64,000 nucleotides of DNA from Cycas panzhihuaensis (taxonomy: Eukaryota; Plantae; Cycadophyta), in contig CM041465.1 in assembly GCA_023213395.1 (NCBI GenBank), positions 91,023,741 through 91,087,740 of the forward strand. Direction: 5' to 3'. The notes beneath the pieces were generated by a model. It was not told the DNA's origin and did no database searches. It worked only from the letters and a program-made list of their open reading frames with translations. A program made the translations under genes and the position numbers. Positions 14,195 to 26,575 of the stretch are shown here, in pieces (within the stretch, counting starts at the first letter, position 1; every line of letters begins with the position of its first letter).

Positions 14195-15764
14195 AGGTTC
14201 CGAGTGTACATAGTCATTGACTGCCCAATACAATATCCACACCTCCAACATCAAGGGCGTAGAAATCTTGTATAATGCTGACGCCTTTTAACGTGAGGTT
14301 AAGGTTCTTCATTATACCTTGGCCAGAGATTACTTGTTTTCCTCCAACAGTGACCTGGAAATGAGGAGTCCTTAATGGAAATAATCTCAGCTATTATGCA
14401 CAGTTTCGATCAATAAAATTATGTGTGCTACATGAATCTATCAAAATTGTTACAACTTGATTTTTTATAGATCCCTGTAATTTTAAGGTATTTGATTGAT
14501 TAAAACTGCTCATAAATGATAGTGACATTTGCGGATGGTCGTCCTTGAGATTACTGTGGCTTTCTTGATGTTCTGCATGATAACAATTTCTTTGATTATT
14601 TTCAGATTCTTGTTCTCCTTCATTAATATTGTCATCTGGTAGTAATTAGATTGTATATAATTGGTTCTTTTGACATCTATGCCCAGGTTCCCACTTCTCC
14701 TCACATCTGAAACATATGTTTCTTCTTCTTAACTCTTTTTGCTTTGTTTTTGTTTTTTGAATGATTGGTTTAGCAGATCGGTTCAGGTTAATTGATACGT
14801 GTCTATGTTGAGCACTTGGTAAAAGATTATGTCGACTAGGTGGAGGAGTATAAAGATCTGTGCCTATTTTACGTAAGGCATTGTGTTTATCTTCATGTAT
14901 TTTGGTTAATTGTATTGCCTTGTTAAGGTCCTTTGGTTCTTGAATTTTAACATCAGCCTGAATCTCTGTTATTAGACCATCTATATATAACTGGATAAGT
15001 CGATTAGTCAGAATATCTTCTAACACATAACTTAGTCTCGTGAAGGCTGCACTGTATTTTTCCACAGAACTAGTTTGCTTTAATTTTCGTAACTCGTAAT
15101 AATAATCGCGATTAGATATGGTTTCAAATTGCTCAATGAATAAATACACAAATTCTTTTTAGGTAGGTAGTTGATCTTGAAAAGAGGTTCGTTCGAGACA
15201 CTGCCACCATTCACATGCTATCCCATTCATGTGTAGGGTGACTAACGGAACTTGCTTTGCTGACTCAACCTCCATTAAGCGGAAATGATTTTTCATTTGT
15301 TGTATTCACACTCTTGGCTCATGCGATTTTTGCTCCATATTGAAACGTTGTATAGTAATCGTTTCTAACTTTTTATTTTTCTGTGTTTGAATACTTTGTA
15401 AACAGTTGAAGTATGCTTGAAAACCCACTATCTTCTGTTCTTCAAGGGTTAGATTGCGATACTCATTAAGGTATTTTTTGATAGCTTCATTCTCAGTATT
15501 AATTGGAGTCATATGAGGACTAGAACATTTTTTAATTGTCTGATTTCTGATATGAGACTGTCAACTCATTGTCTCATCCTCCGAATCTGGAACAATCATG
15601 TCTTCTTTTCTATTTGTTGCTATGATTGTCAATTTATCCAAGATCTGATGTAATGTATGATTTAAGAGTGCATTTGATGTCTGGACTGCTTCGTGGACTG
15701 CTTGAGTGATCGATTCGACGATATCTTTTTGAATGGTGTTGTCTGCCATATCTTTAGTGTTCAT
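14195..15764 (-). pseudogene. Element E gag-protease remnant
   Basis: Retrotransposon gag (LRKLKQTSSVEKYSAAF, YIDGL), knuckle CFRCEEKWEPGHRC, protease LIDSCSTHNFID...VDIVLGSQ. Stops and frameshifts present; no RT follows. Confidence 0.85.
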
Positions 15765-16359
15765 TATTTTAATGATTGTGTAAGTATGATTCCAATGATT
15801 GACTGTCGTGTTTAGGTTATTAGAAAAGATAGACAGTGAATGCTTCTTCTGTTATTTTTTTTTTTTTTTTGATGTACAAGTCTCATGTACTAAATAAAAC
15901 TTCAATGCTTACAATAATATTTTAGCTTTTGTCTTGATATTATTCGAGATGACTCAACTAATCACCCTTATAAAATAGAATACTGAATTGGTTCAATGGA
16001 TATTAAAATTGATTAAATAGGATAATTTATGAAAACGTCAGCTGTAAACAAATATTAATGAAACTGATGGGTTGAACAGATTGATGACCAAGAAAACGAT
16101 GAAGGTAGATGGAACAAAAGGCGATAATGAATGCAAAGAAGGGAAAAATAATTAACTTGTGTTAAGTGATAATGTGAATAATTATATAATGATCATAAAA
16201 GAGAGATGTATGATATATATTAACTATTGAAATATATTATGAATATAAATGTTAATAGTGATATGATATTGTGATTATATTATTACATATGAGTAATCAT
16301 ATGAATACTATGTTAAATTATTGAATGTGGATATATAACCATTAAGCATTTATTTAGGT

Positions 16360-16363
<4 letters not shown>

Positions 16364-16438
<75 letters not shown>
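16364..16438. repeat. (TA)n microsatellite, about 37 units
   Basis: Uninterrupted TA run in the leader of element E. Confidence 0.97.
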
Positions 16439-16441
<3 letters not shown>

Positions 16442-17785
16442 AATTTATGAAAGATTAATTGTTATGTAAAGTAGAATAGATATATTAATATATATCTTAT
16501 AACTATACAACTACAAGATAAAATATAAGGATAAAAATATATATGAATTAACTATTGTTAATATGATAATGTAATGTAGAGACAATGAACTATGCGTTTT
16601 AGTATAAGGATAAAAATATATATGAATTAATGGGAAACGACTGTCCAGAAACTTCTAGAAAGACGCAGACGTAGACAGAGGTTACTAGTAGAAGGACGCA
16701 GATCGTAGACGTCAATGTAGACATCACCCGAAAACGTGGGAAGATGGAATGGAAGATGCAGAATCGAAAAAAAAAGAATACAGAAGATATTTAAAGATTT
16801 ACGGAAGGAAACGAGAGACGTACGGAGATAAGATGTAAGCAGACCAACAAACGAAATGGACGGGATGACGAACGCCATAATGAGAAACCTGATGACGAAC
16901 ACGCCTGCGTTGCTAGCAACAAGAAGGCTTGGAATAGTGATGAGAACACGTGTTGCCAGCAACATGAAATCTTAAAAACATCGATGAGAATCTAGCAACG
17001 AGAATGTTTGAGCCACTAATACAATTAGGAACGATGGATAGAAGTCAATTATAGGATTGATAACGGAGTTTAGTCCAGGAGTGTGCTCTGATACCAATTG
17101 TTACGAACCTACTCCATAACTTGAGGAGGAAGCCCAAAATATTTTGAATACACAAGAGCGCTTTGTAAGATTGAATAGTCACAAGATTAGATGATTGATT
17201 ATAAAAAAATATAAGTGATGTCCATATTATATTTGGGGCCATATTTATATGCATAGTAGGCCCTTTTGTTGAAGGATATGTCTCTTCAATAACACCCATT
17301 CACTAACAAAATGATTAATTAACCTATTTTAAGGAGGTTCATAATAGACTAGGTCTCTAACAGGTACAACCAAGCAACCAGTAGGTGCGACCCAGCAACA
17401 ACAGGTGCGACTAGGGTAATGATAGGTGCAACCAGGGTAGCAACAGGTGCAACTAGGGCAAAAATTTGTTAAAAGATAAAGTATAGAATGATGTTGATTA
17501 ACGATAAAATAGTTGTAATAAGTAGTTATATCTGCAGGTTTAGGAGATATAAATATTAGTCATTGTAAGAACGAGAATGTAATGTATTTCCTCTACAACT
17601 TGCCATCTAGTTGCAACTGTTTATACACTGTCTTGGCCTGCATCTAGTTGTGAGAGGACTAGACGTAGAGCCCCATAGTAATGAAGGCTTGGTTTTTGTG
17701 CTCAATTTCATTGTGTCTCTCTTTTGCTTATAAATTCTTGTGAAGCCTAGATTAAAGATGTTAGAGTAGAAGAGCAGAGACACAT

Positions 17786-17801
17786 TGGTTCCATTGTTGG
17801 G
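17786..17801 (+). promoter_or_regulatory. Primer-binding site of element B, best matching tRNA-Glu
   Basis: TGGTTCCATTGTTGGG lies 1 nt after the LTR end. It resembles the complement of the plant tRNA-Glu 3' end (TGGTTCCGTTGCCGGG, recalled) with three transitions. Confidence 0.6.
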
Positions 17802-18499
17802 TATCCAATGCAGAAAGAAGAATGAACACCCAATGATGAAAGGATAAGAGGGCACTGTCCATGCCACTAAGAATCAATTCTGTAAAGAGGGTCGAAACCA
17901 GACAAGAACATGGTCAACACTGGGAGGCAGAATGAAGCCAAGAGGGTACCAGCAAACCTAAAGAACTAGTAGAAAAGAAGCAAGTAAAAAGAAAGCCTAC
18001 GAGGGGCAGGCAAGAGGAGAGTCAAACCCTAGGAGAATGAGAGGAAGATAGCGGGGAGACAGAAGAAAAGCAAGGCTCGACGGAAATCTGGGAAGGAAAC
18101 CAAGAATTACAGGCAGAAGTTTAACAAAGGTAGGTAGAGGACAAAGTCCTTAAGGAGGTAGGAAAGGAGCAAGCGATTTCAGAGGAAAGGAAATCAATAA
18201 ACTTGGAGGTGTATAACACCACTGCGATGGGGTGGGACTGTCATATCTTGGACGCTAGGGATTCTCATTCCCATGTATTTAATCTGCTATTCAACAAGAT
18301 GACAAACATGATTTCGGGGTCAACGTTGCTGGGAGGAAGCCTAGAGAGCACAAACAACACCCCTCCAAATCAAGGGGCAAGTGAAGGAGGAGGAATAAAT
18401 TTAACGATTCCAACAAGAAACACAAGTAGGAATGTGTAGAGTGGACCAGTTCCAACAGGTCTGGTAAATATGGCACAAGGGAGTGCAGTAGGAGGGAAT

Positions 18500-19600
18500 C
18501 ATGCAAAACCTCCATACGTCATCATTCAAAACAATGCAATGTTCATACATCTACAATTTGATGGTTCAGGGGATCTAGAGGACCATTTGGCACTCTTTTC
18601 CAACATGCTGAAGATAAAAAAAAATTAAGATCCAGAGGAAATTAAGGCTTGCTTTTTCTCAACATTAAGAGGGGTAGCAATAGCCTGGTACCAGTATATT
18701 GTAGTGACAAATCCAACTTGGGAAACAATCCAAACACAATTTCTAGACATATTTCAAAGGTCGAGAGATCCAATGGCAATTTTTCAATCCCTAGAGGAAA
18801 TGCGAAAGATACAAAGTGAGTCAGTAAATGATTTCGATGGTAGATTAAGAACAATTATGAACAAAATGGACCCTGCAATCCCTATGAATCCCATATTATC
18901 TTTGAAATATTTTGTTCAAGGTTTGTTGACCCAATTGAAGGAAAAAGTTGTGTTGCATCCGATGAAGAGTTATGAGCAAGTCAAAGACTTAGCTCTCAAA
19001 TTTGAAAATGAGATGAAAACAGGGTATTTACAGATAGGGTTTCTAAATATCAGACAGATCTCGACAAATATTTCTCAATGGGGGATAAACCCTGAGGTAG
19101 AAGTACTAAAGAAAGAAATTGAAGCATTGAAGCAGTAATCCTCTGTTGTGCTTCTTGGGGCATCCCAACAGAATAAGGAAATTGAAAAATTAAAAACAGA
19201 AATAACTAAATTAAAACTGGGAAAAATCCAAGAAAACGTATGGTGTGCTCCACCATGTGGACAAGCTGGGCATTTTCATAATGAACACCAACTAGCAATG
19301 GAGAAAAAATGGTGTGAAATATGCAGGAGAGGGAATCATCATACCTGGGAATGTTATTATAAGACACCTAGGCACGAAACAAGGAAATCCTTCTATCAAA
19401 GGAAAGAGGGGAATTTGTTTAAACAATATAAAGGGAAGACAAAACTAATCCGTTGTCATCTATGTTCTAGATTGGGTCATTTCCAAACAGAATGTCCATT
19501 ATAGAAATAAGAAGGAGAATATATTTGTGAGGAATGTGGCCCAGCAAGCCACGAGTGAGCTAATTATCCAAAGAATCCAAGCTTCAAGATATAAACTTCA
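18500..19600 (+). pseudogene. Element B gag (capsid plus several CCHC-type knuckles)
   Basis: FDGSGDLEDHL...STLRGVAIAWY, PTWETIQTQFL, IQSESVNDFDGRL, FVQGL. Knuckles CEICRRGNHHTWEC and CHLCSRLGHFQTEC, plus two degenerate ones. Confidence 0.85.
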
Positions 19601-20049
19601 AATCTGGCAACTACCAGATGTAGAGCAACTCGTCTATGCACAGACAAGAAGCGGCAAAGTTATTACCACAATGTAATGGAAAATTTCTTAGACCCAACAG
19701 TTGAAAAAAGAAGATTGCAAGAAGTAGTACAAACCCTACAAGAGGCAACGAAGGCTGTCCAACAAAATGAAATGAATCAAACAAATATATATAAGAGGCA
19801 AGTATATCAGAGATGAACTACCTTTTAAGAAGAACAAGCGGAAAAAATCCCTTGGCAGAAATTGCAGACGATAAAAAATCTGATGATGGAGTCGAGAATT
19901 TCAATTCCCATTGCAGTTATCTTTAGATGGTGGGAGATAACATATTTTTAGCAAGCAATCCTAGATCAAATTGAGAAACCAATGTTACGGGACTTAAAAA
20001 TAGACTCCATTAATCTTAGAGTCCCAATGACTCTCTTTGGTATGATAAT

Positions 20050-23000
20050 TTGTAAAACCATTGTGGACGGGGGTTTAAGAGTAAATGTACTCCTAGAAAC
20101 AATGTGGATCTCTCTAGGATGGCCATAAATGGTTTCCCCACATTATGCAATAAGGTTGGCAAACTAGTTGCAAGTAAGGTTGATGAAAACCTTACTGGAA
20201 ATTCCAATAACAGTTGTAGGCATCACAGTTCGTCTAGATTTTGTAGTGGTAAAGATGCATAACCATAAGAAAACTTACCCAACCTTGCTTGGAAGACCGT
20301 GGCTATTAGCCACAAAGGCATTATAAGATTGGGGAAGATTAACTTTCACCCTTTATGTTGTGGGAAAGAAAGTAGTATTGCCTCTATATTCAGATGGACC
20401 CGAATTGAAAAGGTAGAAGATGTAGAGACAACATCTGTAATGATAGCATCACTAACCTATGTCAGGTCCCTATTCAAAGACATCATTTCAAGCATTTAAA
20501 ACTCCACCCCACCTGCCTAATAAAGCATCATTGGCATATATGTTAGATTGGCTACATGTAACATAGGAATGAGCAGGAGCAGAAACTTCAAACAGCTATC
20601 ATTTGGAGTTATGCCAGGAAGAAGAAGCAGAAGAAGAGGAAGTTGAACCTATAGCACAAATTGAGCATCAATTGGAGGATCTAGATAACTTTGGAAAACT
20701 TGAGGAGTTATCTCAGTATGGAGGAGAAATGGGGCAAGCAAAGAAACATGTAAAAGGTTTTGCTAATTTTTTTAGAAATAAAATTAGTGATTGCCTGTAT
20801 TTATTTGCTTTGACTTTGAATGAACAAGCCTTGGCTTGGTATAGAATGCATCAAAATAATTTTGCTGATGGGACAAAATTGAAAAGATTGTTTTTAATTC
20901 GTTTTCAAAATTTGAATGATGAGTTCTCAATATTCTAGAAAAATCCCAAACAACATATGGAAAGTTGTGTAAACATAAGGCAGAGGGAGTATAGACCTAA
21001 AAGGGAATGGGTACACTATTTCCCCATATTCCTTAGAGGTACCAGTTTGAACTAGTACCAAAAGGTAGAGGAAAATAGCAACAGGTCTAGGAAGAAATAG
21101 TTAAGGGATTTTTACAAACCTTTTCTAATTCTGAATTAAGTCAAAAAGGCTATTATCAGATAAAAAAATAGGAAAAGAGAGATGGAAGAAATTTTTCCTC
21201 ATCTTATTCTTCCATAGAATATAGCAGAAAAAAAATCTACTAGACCCCTGTATATAAGTTACATCCGGATGGGAAGACCATCCAAAGGAATGAGCTCTGG
21301 CTGAGGAAAATCAATATTGGATCAGGGGAGGATCCTAAAATGATAACTATAGAGAATTATTGCGAACCTGAGATAATGCACCAAGTAATGGGACTTTTCA
21401 TAGAATATAGAGATGTCTTCGCATGGTCCTATAAGGACCTAAAGGGCATACCCCCTGAGAGTGGGGAACATAAGATTAACTTACTGGAAAATGTAAAACT
21501 AGTAAGACAGAGACCCTATTGAATGAATCCTAGATATAAGGAACAAGTGAGACTAGAATTGGATAAATTATTAGAAGCATGATACATTTTCGAGGTCGAA
21601 AACAATGAATGGGTAAGCCCAGTAGCAACTGTACCCAAAAAGAATGGGAAATTGCAGGTGTGTATAGATTACAGGGCCTTGAATAAGGCAACAAAAAGAG
21701 ACCCATTTTCAATTCCTTTTACAGAAGATGTCATGGAAAAAGTTGCCAGACATGAGGTGTACCAGACACGAGGTGTTTTCCTTCACAAATGGATTCAATG
21801 GTTATAACCAAGTCCGGATAGCTCCTGAAGATCAGCTAAAAACTACATTTGTGACAGAATGGGACACATATGCATATAGAGTAATGCCCTTTGGGCTTAC
21901 CAATGCACTTGCCACCTTTCTAAGAATAATCTTGAATATCTTTCGAGAATTAATAGGGAAAGCAATTGAAGTATTTTTAGACGACTGGACTATATACAGT
22001 GGGCTGAAAAACCATCTAACTCAACTAAAAGTGATGTTGGAATTGTGCAGGAAAAGTTAGCTATGTTTGAATTTAGAAAAATATACCTTCATAGTACCAT
22101 TCAACTCCTTATTGGGCCACATAGTAACCAAAGAAGGGCTGCTGACCGATCTGGCAAAAGTAGAAGTTATCCTCAAATTTTCAATACCTCAGAATCCGAA
22201 GAAATTGAAGGGATTTTTAGGTATGATAGGGTACTTCCATAAATTTATATAGGGGTATGCCTAAATTGCCTATCCCTTAGAATCATTATTAAAAAAAACA
22301 AAAAGTTAGGAGTGATCACTAAAGCAACAATTGACATTTAAGGTTTTGAAGAAGAAGATAGTAGAGGCCCCCATACTAAGATTTCTAGATTGGAATAAGC
22401 CCTTCGATGTTCATGTAGATGCTTCACTATATGCAATTGGTTTTGTGCTAGCTCAACCAACAGACGAGAAAGTGGATCTTCCTATTGTATTTGTAAGTAG
22501 GAAATTGACAACATTAGAATAAAATTATACAGTTACAGAAAGAGAAGGGTTGGGCATGATTTACACCTTACAAAAGTTTAGGCATTACCTTTTGGCTAAC
22601 CCTTGTGATTTTCGTAGATCACCAAGCCCTACAATATTTAATTAACAAACCAATCTTATAGGGAAGAATTGGTCGTTGGTTGCTACTTTTCCAAGAATTT
22701 ATGTTCAGGATCATAGTAAAAAATGGAGAAAAACACATAGTGCTAGACCAACTATCTAGGAGCTAGGAAGGGGAGGTAGAAGTTGGGGTAACAGATGATT
22801 TTCTAGATCACAAACTATTCTCCATTGAAGCCATTCCCCCATGGTATGAAGGTATTACAGAATACCTATTAACAGGACAAACACAAGAGGGGCTTAAGAG
22901 AGTTGAAAGGAAAAGCTTTATTAGAAAGGCCTTTCCATTCTAACTAATAGGAGGAACTTTGTACAAAATGGGACCAGACAAAGTGCTGCGTAGATGTATA

Positions 23001-24090
23001 TTAGAGCATGAGGTACAAAATATGCTTAGGGAAGCACATGAAGGAGCTACTTCAACTCACCATGGTAGCGAAGCAACAACACGAAAGATACTATTAGCAG
23101 GATTATGGTGCTCAACCCTGTTCGAGGATTCGAAAAAATGGATAAAAACTTGTGATATATATGAACGAACAGGTAAGCCTTCAAAGAAAAACTATCTACC
23201 TCTGCATCCAATAGTAGCCCAAGCCCCATTTGAGATATGAGGATTGGACTTTGCAGGACCAATCAACCCTCTAGCCTGGAGAACAAATGCAAGATACATT
23301 TTAGTAGTAACGGATTTTCTAACAAAGTGGACTAAAGCCAAACCTATGAGAAAATGTAATGCAAGGAGCACTGCCCATCTTCTGTATGAAATAATTATAG
23401 TTCGATTTGGATGTCCATTAGAGATAGTATCAGATCAAGGGGGGAGGATTTCTTAATTAAACAATTAAATATTTAACTTCTAAAATTTTAATACATCATG
23501 GCAAGTCCTCACCTTATTACCCCTGAGTAAATGGACAGGTCGAAAGTATTAACAAGATTTTGAAGATTGATTTTATGAAAATTTGTAATATAGAATGAAC
23601 ATATTGGATAAAGAAATTGTACTTTGTCCTATGGGTTGATCAAACTATAAGGAAACAAATGTATAAACACACACCCTTTCAACTGGTATATGAAATGGAA
23701 GCAATAGTCCCTTTGAAGTTTCAGGCAGAAAGCATTTGAGTAGCACAAAAATTAAGAATGGAGATAGGGGATTCATGCAACCAGCAACTAGTCCAGTTAA
23801 TGAAATTGGATGAGGAACGTGGCAATGCCCTTTGGAAATTGCAGATAGAAAAAAAAGAAATGGAATGCATGGCATGATCGGCATTTAAAAAGCCTAGAGT
23901 ATAAGGTAAAGGATTTGGTTCTGTTATATGAGAGTAAATTCTAGATGAAACTTGGAAAAATAAAAATTAGATGGTTAGATCCCTATAAAGTTTCTCACAT
24001 TTATGAAAACGGGGTAGTTAAATTAGAGCAGTTAGATGGTAAACCATTGACTAAACTTGTCATTGGTAGTAGAAAAAGGTTATATAGGTG
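20050..24090 (+). pseudogene. Element B pol (PR, extra gag-like domains, RT, RNase H, integrase)
   Basis: TIVDGG.RVNV protease; DVFAWSYKDLKGIP, GFNGYNQVRIAPEDQLKTTF, VMPFGL, FLDDW (RT); VHVDASLYAIG (RNase H); H..H..C zinc finger, LDFAGP, IVSDQG (INT); WLDPYKV (GPY/F motif). Confidence 0.92.
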
Positions 24091-24844
24091 TTAGAGGAAA
24101 AAAAAAACACAAGGACCAAGGGGATAGATTCTCCAATCAAAAGGAAATATTCGATGGAAATTAGGTAAGGAAATGAAGGCCACATTAAGCAAAAGCAAGG
24201 ATGTGATGATTTTCACATCAACGACAAATGTCATCATGACAAAGACAAGGAGGTCAATCGGTAATTAACTACTAGAAGAGTGGTTCGTATAAATGATGTG
24301 ACCACTACATATAATAATGAAGCATGATGATCAATGAATATCACAATATGATAAAGAGATGTATGGGAAAGCAACGACGGCATATCATGAGGGCGATAGA
24401 AGAAATTAAAGGTAATTAGTATGCAAGTATGTGAAGGTTGAACTAGCGCGTGGACGAAGGTGAATAGATGAGAGACATCGGGCAACAGATGAATCAACAT
24501 GGAGAAGAGTACTAATGACAAAAACAATTGTGTTTAGAGAGGATGACGACCCACGTATCTATTTAGAATGACAGATAAAGTGAGAAGAAGAGATGCAAAA
24601 AAAGTTAATGATATTTGCAGGATTTTAAGAATATGTACTGGTAGGAACTTTTCCATGATCTTTGAAATTCATGAATATTATAATTCCATTGTTAGCTGCA
24701 TAGCTTGACATACTATAGATTTTGGAAGAAATGGTAACAACAGTGACAAGTTTACCAAAGGACGATGAACCAGTTAGACCAGATGAGCAAATAAAGATGC
24801 AACTATGAGTGCAACTAACAAGTAGGAGATACAACTGGTGATAT

Positions 24845-25135
24845 GAGCAGGTGCGACTAGGTTACCAACATGTGCGACCAAGGTACCAGCAGGTGCGACC
24901 ACGTTACCAGTAGGTGCAACCAAGGTACTAACAGGTACGACCAGGTTACCAGTAGGTGCGACCAAGGTACCAGCAGGTGTCACCAAGTAACTAGTGGTAT
25001 GACCAGGTTACCAGTAAGTGTGACTGAGTTACTAGTAGGTACAACCATGTCTCCAGCAAGTACGACCAAGCAAACAATAGGTATGACCTAGTAACAATGA
25101 GTGCAATTAGGGCAGCAATTGGTGCGACCAGGGCA
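24845..25135 (+). repeat. Array of about 21-bp tandem repeats within the B LTR (also at about 13560-13639 and 17347-17460)
   Basis: Unit approximately CAGGTGCGACCAGGTTACCAG, producing the spurious heptad ORF VAPAGTL/VAPTGNL. Confidence 0.9.
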
Positions 25136-26575
25136 GAAATTAACTAAAAGATAAAGTATAAAATAATGTTGATTAATGATAAAATAGTTGTAATAAGTAG
25201 TTACAACCATAGATTTAGAAATAAATATTAGTCATTGTAAGAATGAGAATGTAATATATTTTCTCTACGACTTGCCATCTAACTATAGTTATTTGTACAC
25301 TGTCTTAGCCTACGTTTGGTTGTGAGAGGACCAGACACAGAGCCCTATAGTAATGAAGGCTTGGTTTTTGTGCTCCATTTCATTGTATCTCTCTTTTGCT
25401 TGTAAATTCTTGTGAAGCCTAGATTAAAGATGTTAGAGTAGAAGAGCAAATGCACAAAGAGAAAATTTCAAGTTCTTAAGGGAAAAAAATAGGTTAAAAT
25501 TTTATTTTCGTTCTTTTAGGTCATAATTTAGATTCTAGTATTTTAGATACTTCTTAGCTTAAAGATTTTGGTTATTCCCCTTAACAAATGTTTGATACCT
25601 TTAGTTATGGTATTTGTTTAGATGAAAAGATTGATATAGATATTTCAAATTCTGGTATTTGAGATACTTCTTGCATTGAAAATTTTAGTTATTCATTTCA
25701 GCAGATATTTGATACTTTGAATCATAGAGTTAGTGTGGATGAAAATATTAGTGCAAAAGATAGTATTCGGAATCCAATTATAGGTGTACACAATGTTGAT
25801 TTTAAAAGTAGATCTATTATATTAATAAGGTATGTCAGAAAAATATGATTTATGGGTCTACTGATGTGTGTGATAGATATGTTTAAGTAAAACATTTAGT
25901 TCAATATGTCAATGTTCCTTTACTTCCTCATATAGATGATCATGTTTCATTTCACAGTATTACTCTTGGTTTAGATATACCTACTTCAAGTGTTGTTTTT
26001 ATTTCAATTCTTACTATTCCTTCTTCATTCAATTCTCAAATTCTTTGTGGTATGTTAGATGGCTTTCATGACTTCAATAATCTTTATGTTATAGATTTAG
26101 ATGATTTTGTTGATATAGAATATATTGGCTAAAATATTTATGCTTCTAGCACTTATATTTTAAGAAGATAATTTTCATGATTTTGATTTATAAGTTAATC
26201 TTTTAGTTGATCAAGAGTAATTGAAATGGATTTAAAACACTCTTGCCACAAATGGTATTGATGGAGTTGATAATTCCATTTGAAGAACTAAATTTTAAGC
26301 AAATAATATTCTCATAGATGTCAAATACAACAAATTAATATACTTCTTTAGCATGATCGAACTCAACATCAAGGGGGGGATGAAAGTGATGATGTGTTTG
26401 CTTTTTCAGCCTAAGTCAATATTAAGGGGGAATGTTAAAAATATTTTAGTGTTGACTTAGGGCTTTTTGAAGTTGGTTTTATTTAATTATTCTATTTAAG
26501 AGTATCAATTTTGATGTTGTAAGTGTATTGTGATTAATCAAAAAATAATTTTATATGATTTTTTTAATCTATCCT

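Larger units (their letters stand above)
13640..17346 (-). mobile_element. Element E: 3.7-kb non-autonomous Ty3/gypsy derivative (gag + protease only), inserted in the 5' LTR of B
   Basis: LTRs 13640-13886 and 17099-17346 are near identical. PBS reverse complement GCTCTGATACCA at 17085-17096; PPT reverse complement at 13887-13899. Confidence 0.92.
13472..25456 (+). mobile_element. Element B: full-length degenerate Ty3/gypsy (non-chromovirus-like)
   Basis: Termini TGTGCAT...ATGCACA, flanks AAGGG/AAGAG. 5' LTR 13472-17784 (split by E); 3' LTR about 24744-25456 (start uncertain). Domain order gag-PR-RT-RH-INT. Confidence 0.88.

Noticed and set aside
16627-16965. 112-aa hydrophobic ORF in element E
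   Set aside because: It arises from the low-complexity purine-rich leader; no homology recognised.
24774-25091. Repetitive ORFs (VAPAGTL heptads) and a CRISPR-like look
   Set aside because: A contiguous 21-bp minisatellite inside an LTR, present in both LTRs, with no unique spacers and no cas genes; the context is eukaryotic.
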